This document shows, in pieces, positions 51,501-61,609 of a stretch of DNA of 61,609 bases (positions within the stretch are counted from its first letter, which is position 1; the number at the start of each line of letters is the position of its first letter). The stretch is from Eledone cirrhosa (Eukaryota): NCBI GenBank assembly GCA_964016885.1, contig CAXHJY010001475.1, forward strand, positions 1 to 61,609. The letters are read 5' to 3'. The notes under the pieces were generated by a model. That model worked only from the letters and a program-made list of their open reading frames with translations, searched no databases and had not been told where the DNA came from. The position numbers and the translations under genes are program-made.

Positions 51501-54500
51501 TACAGCAGGGAAAATTTATTGTGAGGTAGGAACTGAGGGTCGCATGGTAAATATCCAAGTTAATACTACATCAGTAAAATTAACAATAATAACGTCATGA
51601 AAAAAGCTACTAAGAGAAACCCTCGAAAATTTATCGCTAATACAGCAGGGAAAATTTATTGTGAGGTAGGAACTGAGGGTCGCATGGTAAATATCCAAGT
51701 TAATACTACATCAGTAAAATTAACAATAATAACGTCATGAAAAAAGCTACTAAGAGAAACCCTCGAAAATTTATCGCTAATACAGCAGGGAAAATTTATT
51801 GTGAGGTAGGAACTGAGGGTCGCATGGTAAATATCCAAGTTAATACTACATCAGTAAAATTAACAATAATAACGTCATGAAAAAAGCTACTAAGAGAAAC
51901 CCTCGAAAATTTATCGCTAATACAGCAGGGAAAATTTATTGTGAGGTAGGAACTGAGGGTCGCATGGTAAATATCCAAGTTAATACTACATCAGTAAAAT
52001 TAACAATAATAACGTCATGAAAAAAGCTACTAAGAGAAACCCTCGAAAATTTATCGCTAATACAGCAGGGAAAATTTATTGTGAGGTAGGAACTGAGGGT
52101 CGCATGGTAAATATCCAAGTTAATACTACATCAGTAAAATTAACAATAATAACGTCATGAAAAAAGCTACTAAGAGAAACCCTCGAAAATTTATCGCTAA
52201 TACAGCAGGGAAAATTTATTGTGAGGTAGGAACTGAGGGTCGCATGGTAAATATCCAAGTTAATACTACATCAGTAAAATTAACAATAATAACGTCATGA
52301 AAAAAGCTACTAAGAGAAACCCTCGAAAATTTATCGCTAATACAGCAGGGAAAATTTATTGTGAGGTAGGAACTGAGGGTCGCATGGTAAATATCCAAGT
52401 TAATACTACATCAGTAAAATTAACAATAATAACGTCATGAAAAAAGCTACTAAGAGAAACCCTCGAAAATTTATCGCTAATACAGCAGGGAAAATTTATT
52501 GTGAGGTAGGAACTGAGGGTCGCATGGTAAATATCCAAGTTAATACTACATCAGTAAAATTAACAATAATAACGTCATGAAAAAAGCTACTAAGAGAAAC
52601 CCTCGAAAATTTATCGCTAATACAGCAGGGAAAATTTATTGTGAGGTAGGAACTGAGGGTCGCATGGTAAATATCCAAGTTAATACTACATCAGTAAAAT
52701 TAACAATAATAACGTCATGAAAAAAGCTACTAAGAGAAACCCTCGAAAATTTATCGCTAATACAGCAGGGAAAATTTATTGTGAGGTAGGAACTGAGGGT
52801 CGCATGGTAAATATCCAAGTTAATACTACATCAGTAAAATTAACAATAATAACGTCATGAAAAAAGCTACTAAGAGAAACCCTCGAAAATTTATCGCTAA
52901 TACAGCAGGGAAAATTTATTGTGAGGTAGGAACTGAGGGTCGCATGGTAAATATCCAAGTTAATACTACATCAGTAAAATTAACAATAATAACGTCATGA
53001 AAAAAGCTACTAAGAGAAACCCTCGAAAATTTATCGCTAATACAGCAGGGAAAATTTATTGTGAGGTAGGAACTGAGGGTCGCATGGTAAATATCCAAGT
53101 TAATACTACATCAGTAAAATTAACAATAATAACGTCATGAAAAAAGCTACTAAGAGAAACCCTCGAAAATTTATCGCTAATACAGCAGGGAAAATTTATT
53201 GTGAGGTAGGAACTGAGGGTCGCATGGTAAATATCCAAGTTAATACTACATCAGTAAAATTAACAATAATAACGTCATGAAAAAAGCTACTAAGAGAAAC
53301 CCTCGAAAATTTATCGCTAATACAGCAGGGAAAATTTATTGTGAGGTAGGAACTGAGGGTCGCATGGTAAATATCCAAGTTAATACTACATCAGTAAAAT
53401 TAACAATAATAACGTCATGAAAAAAGCTACTAAGAGAAACCCTCGAAAATTTATCGCTAATACAGCAGGGAAAATTTATTGTGAGGTAGGAACTGAGGGT
53501 CGCATGGTAAATATCCAAGTTAATACTACATCAGTAAAATTAACAATAATAACGTCATGAAAAAAGCTACTAAGAGAAACCCTCGAAAATTTATCGCTAA
53601 TACAGCAGGGAAAATTTATTGTGAGGTAGGAACTGAGGGTCGCATGGTAAATATCCAAGTTAATACTACATCAGTAAAATTAACAATAATAACGTCATGA
53701 AAAAAGCTACTAAGAGAAACCCTCGAAAATTTATCGCTAATACAGCAGGGAAAATTTATTGTGAGGTAGGAACTGAGGGTCGCATGGTAAATATCCAAGT
53801 TAATACTACATCAGTAAAATTAACAATAATAACGTCATGAAAAAAGCTACTAAGAGAAACCCTCGAAAATTTATCGCTAATACAGCAGGGAAAATTTATT
53901 GTGAGGTAGGAACTGAGGGTCGCATGGTAAATATCCAAGTTAATACTACATCAGTAAAATTAACAATAATAACGTCATGAAAAAAGCTACTAAGAGAAAC
54001 CCTCGAAAATTTATCGCTAATACAGCAGGGAAAATTTATTGTGAGGTAGGAACTGAGGGTCGCATGGTAAATATCCAAGTTAATACTACATCAGTAAAAT
54101 TAACAATAATAACGTCATGAAAAAAGCTACTAAGAGAAACCCTCGAAAATTTATCGCTAATACAGCAGGGAAAATTTATTGTGAGGTAGGAACTGAGGGT
54201 CGCATGGTAAATATCCAAGTTAATACTACATCAGTAAAATTAACAATAATAACGTCATGAAAAAAGCTACTAAGAGAAACCCTCGAAAATTTATCGCTAA
54301 TACAGCAGGGAAAATTTATTGTGAGGTAGGAACTGAGGGTCGCATGGTAAATATCCAAGTTAATACTACATCAGTAAAATTAACAATAATAACGTCATGA
54401 AAAAAGCTACTAAGAGAAACCCTCGAAAATTTATCGCTAATACAGCAGGGAAAATTTATTGTGAGGTAGGAACTGAGGGTCGCATGGTAAATATCCAAGT

Positions 54501-57500
54501 TAATACTACATCAGTAAAATTAACAATAATAACGTCATGAAAAAAGCTACTAAGAGAAACCCTCGAAAATTTATCGCTAATACAGCAGGGAAAATTTATT
54601 GTGAGGTAGGAACTGAGGGTCGCATGGTAAATATCCAAGTTAATACTACATCAGTAAAATTAACAATAATAACGTCATGAAAAAAGCTACTAAGAGAAAC
54701 CCTCGAAAATTTATCGCTAATACAGCAGGGAAAATTTATTGTGAGGTAGGAACTGAGGGTCGCATGGTAAATATCCAAGTTAATACTACATCAGTAAAAT
54801 TAACAATAATAACGTCATGAAAAAAGCTACTAAGAGAAACCCTCGAAAATTTATCGCTAATACAGCAGGGAAAATTTATTGTGAGGTAGGAACTGAGGGT
54901 CGCATGGTAAATATCCAAGTTAATACTACATCAGTAAAATTAACAATAATAACGTCATGAAAAAAGCTACTAAGAGAAACCCTCGAAAATTTATCGCTAA
55001 TACAGCAGGGAAAATTTATTGTGAGGTAGGAACTGAGGGTCGCATGGTAAATATCCAAGTTAATACTACATCAGTAAAATTAACAATAATAACGTCATGA
55101 AAAAAGCTACTAAGAGAAACCCTCGAAAATTTATCGCTAATACAGCAGGGAAAATTTATTGTGAGGTAGGAACTGAGGGTCGCATGGTAAATATCCAAGT
55201 TAATACTACATCAGTAAAATTAACAATAATAACGTCATGAAAAAAGCTACTAAGAGAAACCCTCGAAAATTTATCGCTAATACAGCAGGGAAAATTTATT
55301 GTGAGGTAGGAACTGAGGGTCGCATGGTAAATATCCAAGTTAATACTACATCAGTAAAATTAACAATAATAACGTCATGAAAAAAGCTACTAAGAGAAAC
55401 CCTCGAAAATTTATCGCTAATACAGCAGGGAAAATTTATTGTGAGGTAGGAACTGAGGGTCGCATGGTAAATATCCAAGTTAATACTACATCAGTAAAAT
55501 TAACAATAATAACGTCATGAAAAAAGCTACTAAGAGAAACCCTCGAAAATTTATCGCTAATACAGCAGGGAAAATTTATTGTGAGGTAGGAACTGAGGGT
55601 CGCATGGTAAATATCCAAGTTAATACTACATCAGTAAAATTAACAATAATAACGTCATGAAAAAAGCTACTAAGAGAAACCCTCGAAAATTTATCGCTAA
55701 TACAGCAGGGAAAATTTATTGTGAGGTAGGAACTGAGGGTCGCATGGTAAATATCCAAGTTAATACTACATCAGTAAAATTAACAATAATAACGTCATGA
55801 AAAAAGCTACTAAGAGAAACCCTCGAAAATTTATCGCTAATACAGCAGGGAAAATTTATTGTGAGGTAGGAACTGAGGGTCGCATGGTAAATATCCAAGT
55901 TAATACTACATCAGTAAAATTAACAATAATAACGTCATGAAAAAAGCTACTAAGAGAAACCCTCGAAAATTTATCGCTAATACAGCAGGGAAAATTTATT
56001 GTGAGGTAGGAACTGAGGGTCGCATGGTAAATATCCAAGTTAATACTACATCAGTAAAATTAACAATAATAACGTCATGAAAAAAGCTACTAAGAGAAAC
56101 CCTCGAAAATTTATCGCTAATACAGCAGGGAAAATTTATTGTGAGGTAGGAACTGAGGGTCGCATGGTAAATATCCAAGTTAATACTACATCAGTAAAAT
56201 TAACAATAATAACGTCATGAAAAAAGCTACTAAGAGAAACCCTCGAAAATTTATCGCTAATACAGCAGGGAAAATTTATTGTGAGGTAGGAACTGAGGGT
56301 CGCATGGTAAATATCCAAGTTAATACTACATCAGTAAAATTAACAATAATAACGTCATGAAAAAAGCTACTAAGAGAAACCCTCGAAAATTTATCGCTAA
56401 TACAGCAGGGAAAATTTATTGTGAGGTAGGAACTGAGGGTCGCATGGTAAATATCCAAGTTAATACTACATCAGTAAAATTAACAATAATAACGTCATGA
56501 AAAAAGCTACTAAGAGAAACCCTCGAAAATTTATCGCTAATACAGCAGGGAAAATTTATTGTGAGGTAGGAACTGAGGGTCGCATGGTAAATATCCAAGT
56601 TAATACTACATCAGTAAAATTAACAATAATAACGTCATGAAAAAAGCTACTAAGAGAAACCCTCGAAAATTTATCGCTAATACAGCAGGGAAAATTTATT
56701 GTGAGGTAGGAACTGAGGGTCGCATGGTAAATATCCAAGTTAATACTACATCAGTAAAATTAACAATAATAACGTCATGAAAAAAGCTACTAAGAGAAAC
56801 CCTCGAAAATTTATCGCTAATACAGCAGGGAAAATTTATTGTGAGGTAGGAACTGAGGGTCGCATGGTAAATATCCAAGTTAATACTACATCAGTAAAAT
56901 TAACAATAATAACGTCATGAAAAAAGCTACTAAGAGAAACCCTCGAAAATTTATCGCTAATACAGCAGGGAAAATTTATTGTGAGGTAGGAACTGAGGGT
57001 CGCATGGTAAATATCCAAGTTAATACTACATCAGTAAAATTAACAATAATAACGTCATGAAAAAAGCTACTAAGAGAAACCCTCGAAAATTTATCGCTAA
57101 TACAGCAGGGAAAATTTATTGTGAGGTAGGAACTGAGGGTCGCATGGTAAATATCCAAGTTAATACTACATCAGTAAAATTAACAATAATAACGTCATGA
57201 AAAAAGCTACTAAGAGAAACCCTCGAAAATTTATCGCTAATACAGCAGGGAAAATTTATTGTGAGGTAGGAACTGAGGGTCGCATGGTAAATATCCAAGT
57301 TAATACTACATCAGTAAAATTAACAATAATAACGTCATGAAAAAAGCTACTAAGAGAAACCCTCGAAAATTTATCGCTAATACAGCAGGGAAAATTTATT
57401 GTGAGGTAGGAACTGAGGGTCGCATGGTAAATATCCAAGTTAATACTACATCAGTAAAATTAACCAATAACTTACCTACCCTACGTCATGAAAAAAGCTA

Positions 57501-60500
57501 CTAAGAGAAACCCTCGAAAATTTATCGCTAATACAGCAGGGAAAATTTATTGTGAGGTAGGAACTGAGGGTCGCATGGTAAATATCCAAGTTAATACTAC
57601 ATCAGTAAAATTAACAATAATAACGTCATGAAAAAAGCTACTAAGAGAAACCCTCGAAAATTTATCGCTAATACAGCAGGGAAAATTTATTGTGAGGTAG
57701 GAACTGAGGGTCGCATGGTAAATATCCAAGTTAATACTACATCAGTAAAATTAACAATAATAACGTCATGAAAAAAGCTACTAGAGAAACCCTCGAAAAT
57801 TTATCGCTAATACAGCAGGGAAAATTTATTGTGAGGTAGGAACTGAGGGTCGCATGGTAAATATCCAAGTTAATACTACATCAGTAAAATTAACAATAAT
57901 AACGTCATGAAAAAAGCTACTAAGAGAAACCCTCGAAAATTTATCGCTAATACAGCAGGGAAAATTTATTGTGAGGTAGGAACTGAGGGTCGCATGGTAA
58001 ATATCCAAGTTAATACTACATCAGTAAAATTAACAATAATAACGTCATGAAAAAAGCTACTAAGAGAAACCCTCGAAAATTTATCGCTAATACAGCAGGG
58101 AAAATTTATTGTGAGGTAGGAACTGAGGGTCGCATGGTAAATATCCAAGTTAATACTACATCAGTAAAATTAACAATAATAACGTCATGAAAAAAGCTAC
58201 TAAGAGAAACCCTCGAAAATTTATCGCTAATACAGCAGGGAAAATTTATTGTGAGGTAGGAACTGAGGGTCGCATGGTAAATATCCAAGTTAATACTACA
58301 TCAGTAAAATTAACAATAATAACGTCATGAAAAAAGCTACTAAGAGAAACCCTCGAAAATTTATCGCTAATACAGCAGGGAAAATTTATTGTGAGGTAGG
58401 AACTGAGGGTCGCATGGTAAATATCCAAGTTAATACTACATCAGTAAAATTAACAATAATAACGTCATGAAAAAAGCTACTAAGAGAAACCCTCGAAAAT
58501 TTATCGCTAATACAGCAGGGAAAATTTATTGTGAGGTAGGAACTGAGGGTCGCATGGTAAATATCCAAGTTAATACTACATCAGTAAAATTAACAATAAT
58601 AACGTCATGAAAAAAGCTACTAAGAGAAACCCTCGAAAATTTATCGCTAATACAGCAGGGAAAATTTATTGTGAGGTAGGAACTGAGGGTCGCATGGTAA
58701 ATATCCAAGTTAATACTACATCAGTAAAATTAACAATAATAACGTCATGAAAAAAGCTACTAAGAGAAACCCTCGAAAATTTATCGCTAATACAGCAGGG
58801 AAAATTTATTGTGAGGTAGGAACTGAGGGTCGCATGGTAAATATCCAAGTTAATACTACATCAGTAAAATTAACAATAATAACGTCATGAAAAAAGCTAC
58901 TAAGAGAAACCCTCGAAAATTTATCGCTAATACAGCAGGGAAAATTTATTGTGAGGTAGGAACTGAGGGTCGCATGGTAAATATCCAAGTTAATACTACA
59001 TCAGTAAAATTAACAATAATAACGTCATGAAAAAAGCTACTAAGAGAAACCCTCGAAAATTTATCGCTAATACAGCAGGGAAAATTTATTGTGAGGTAGG
59101 AACTGAGGGTCGCATGGTAAATATCCAAGTTAATACTACATCAGTAAAATTAACAATAATAACGTCATGAAAAAAGCTACTAAGAGAAACCCTCGAAAAT
59201 TTATCGCTAATACAGCAGGGAAAATTTATTGTGAGGTAGGAACTGAGGGTCGCATGGTAAATATCCAAGTTAATACTACATCAGTAAAATTAACAATAAT
59301 AACGTCATGAAAAAAGCTACTAAGAGAAACCCTCGAAAATTTATCGCTAATACAGCAGGGAAAATTTATTGTGAGGTAGGAACTGAGGGTCGCATGGTAA
59401 ATATCCAAGTTAATACTACATCAGTAAAATTAACAATAATAACGTCATGAAAAAAGCTACTAAGAGAAACCCTCGAAAATTTATCGCTAATACAGCAGGG
59501 AAAATTTATTGTGAGGTAGGAACTGAGGGTCGCATGGTAAATATCCAAGTTAATACTACATCAGTAAAATTAACAATAATAACGTCATGAAAAAAGCTAC
59601 TAAGAGAAACCCTCGAAAATTTATCGCTAATACAGCAGGGAAAATTTATTGTGAGGTAGGAACTGAGGGTCGCATGGTAAATATCCAAGTTAATACTACA
59701 TCAGTAAAATTAACAATAATAACGTCATGAAAAAAGCTACTAAGAGAAACCCTCGAAAATTTATCGCTAATACAGCAGGGAAAATTTATTGTGAGGTAGG
59801 AACTGAGGGTCGCATGGTAAATATCCAAGTTAATACTACATCAGTAAAATTAACAATAATAACGTCATGAAAAAAGCTACTAAGAGAAACCCTCGAAAAT
59901 TTATCGCTAATACAGCAGGGAAAATTTATTGTGAGGTAGGAACTGAGGGTCGCATGGTAAATATCCAAGTTAATACTACATCAGTAAAATTAACAATAAT
60001 AACGTCATGAAAAAAGCTACTAAGAGAAACCCTCGAAAATTTATCGCTAATACAGCAGGGAAAATTTATTGTGAGGTAGGAACTGAGGGTCGCATGGTAA
60101 ATATCCAAGTTAATACTACATCAGTAAAATTAACAATAATAACGTCATGAAAAAAGCTACTAAGAGAAACCCTCGAAAATTTATCGCTAATACAGCAGGG
60201 AAAATTTATTGTGAGGTAGGAACTGAGGGTCGCATGGTAAATATCCAAGTTAATACTACATCAGTAAAATTAACAATAATAACGTCATGAAAAAAGCTAC
60301 TAAGAGAAACCCTCGAAAATTTATCGCTAATACAGCAGGGAAAATTTATTGTGAGGTAGGAACTGAGGGTCGCATGGTAAATATCCAAGTTAATACTACA
60401 TCAGTAAAATTAACAATAATAACGTCATGAAAAAAGCTACTAAGAGAAACCCTCGAAAATTTATCGCTAATACAGCAGGGAAAATTTATTGTGAGGTAGG

Positions 60501-61609
60501 AACTGAGGGTCGCATGGTAAATATCCAAGTTAATACTACATCAGTAAAATTAACAATAATAACGTCATGAAAAAAGCTACTAAGAGAAACCCTCGAAAAT
60601 TTATCGCTAATACAGCAGGGAAAATTTATTGTGAGGTAGGAACTGAGGGTCGCATGGTAAATATCCAAGTTAATACTACATCAGTAAAATTAACAATAAT
60701 AACGTCATGAAAAAAGCTACTAAGAGAAACCCTCGAAAATTTATCGCTAATACAGCAGGGAAAATTTATTGTGAGGTAGGAACTGAGGGTCGCATGGTAA
60801 ATATCCAAGTTAATACTACATCAGTAAAATTAACAATAATAACGTCATGAAAAAAGCTACTAAGAGAAACCCTCGAAAATTTATCGCTAATACAGCAGGG
60901 AAAATTTATTGTGAGGTAGGAACTGAGGGTCGCATGGTAAATATCCAAGTTAATACTACATCAGTAAAATTAACAATAATAACGTCATGAAAAAAGCTAC
61001 TAAGAGAAACCCTCGAAAATTTATCGCTAATACAGCAGGGAAAATTTATTGTGAGGTAGGAACTGAGGGTCGCATGGTAAATATCCAAGTTAATACTACA
61101 TCAGTAAAATTAACAATAATAACGTCATGAAAAAAGCTACTAAGAGAAACCCTCGAAAATTTATCGCTAATACAGCAGGGAAAATTTATTGTGAGGTAGG
61201 AACTGAGGGTCGCATGGTAAATATCCAAGTTAATACTACATCAGTAAAATTAACAATAATAACGTCATGAAAAAAGCTACTAAGAGAAACCCTCGAAAAT
61301 TTATCGCTAATACAGCAGGGAAAATTTATTGTGAGTAGGAACTGAGGGTCGCATGGTAAATATCCAAGTTAATACTACATCAGTAAAATTAACAATAATA
61401 ACGTCATGAAAAAAGCTACTAAGAGAAACCCTCGAAAATTTATCGCTAATACAGCAGGGAAAATTTATTGTGAGGTAGGAACTGAGGGTCGCATGGTAAA
61501 TATCCAAGTTAATACTACATCAGTAAAATTAACAATAATAACGTCATGAAAAAAGCTACTAAGAGAAACCCTCGAAAATTTATCGCTAATACAGCAGGGA
61601 AAATTTATT
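48581..61609. repeat. Tandem array of 93 x 140-bp units, essentially identical, running to the window end
   Basis: Unit: gtgaggtaggaactgagggtcgcatggtaaatatccaagttaatactacatcagtaaaattaacaataataacgtcatgaaaaaagctactaagagaaaccctcgaaaatttatcgctaatacagcagggaaaatttatt. Length 13029 = 93x140 +11 (~57464-57483) -1 (~57783) -1 (~61335). The ORF track repeats with a 140-bp period. Confidence 0.99.

Noticed and set aside
48581-61609. CRISPR array or coding repeat (repeated 60-aa ORFs)
   Set aside because: Units are contiguous and identical with no unique spacers and no cas genes. The 60-aa ORFs start at TTG, overlap, and follow from the 140-bp period.

Overview
This is repeat-dense, AT-rich animal DNA. 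The SINE/RTE/Penelope content and (TA)n density suggest a cephalopod (Octopus-like), but that is inference. The first ~44 kb is mostly decayed transposons: many RTE-clade LINE 3' fragments, RLE-type LINE ends (CRE-, HERO- and R4-like), a Gypsy pol remnant, tRNA-derived SINEs, piggyBac/hAT/pogo-type MITEs, and Penelope-like inverted repeats carrying minimal hammerhead ribozymes. The only convincing host coding sequence is a minus-strand terminal exon (39499-39888) encoding an AK5-type RIIa dimerization/docking domain. The dominant structure is an intact RTE LINE on the minus strand. Its 1039-aa ORF has an APE endonuclease, RT, a C4HC3 PHD-like finger and the RTE C-terminal region, and it ends in a (GAT)n tail. 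Its 5' leader runs directly into 93 near-identical 140-bp tandem units (48581 to window end). The LINE tail interrupts an older opposite-strand copy of the same family, and no resumption of that copy is seen before the array, so the array may be part of the element. Boundaries of decayed repeats are approximate.
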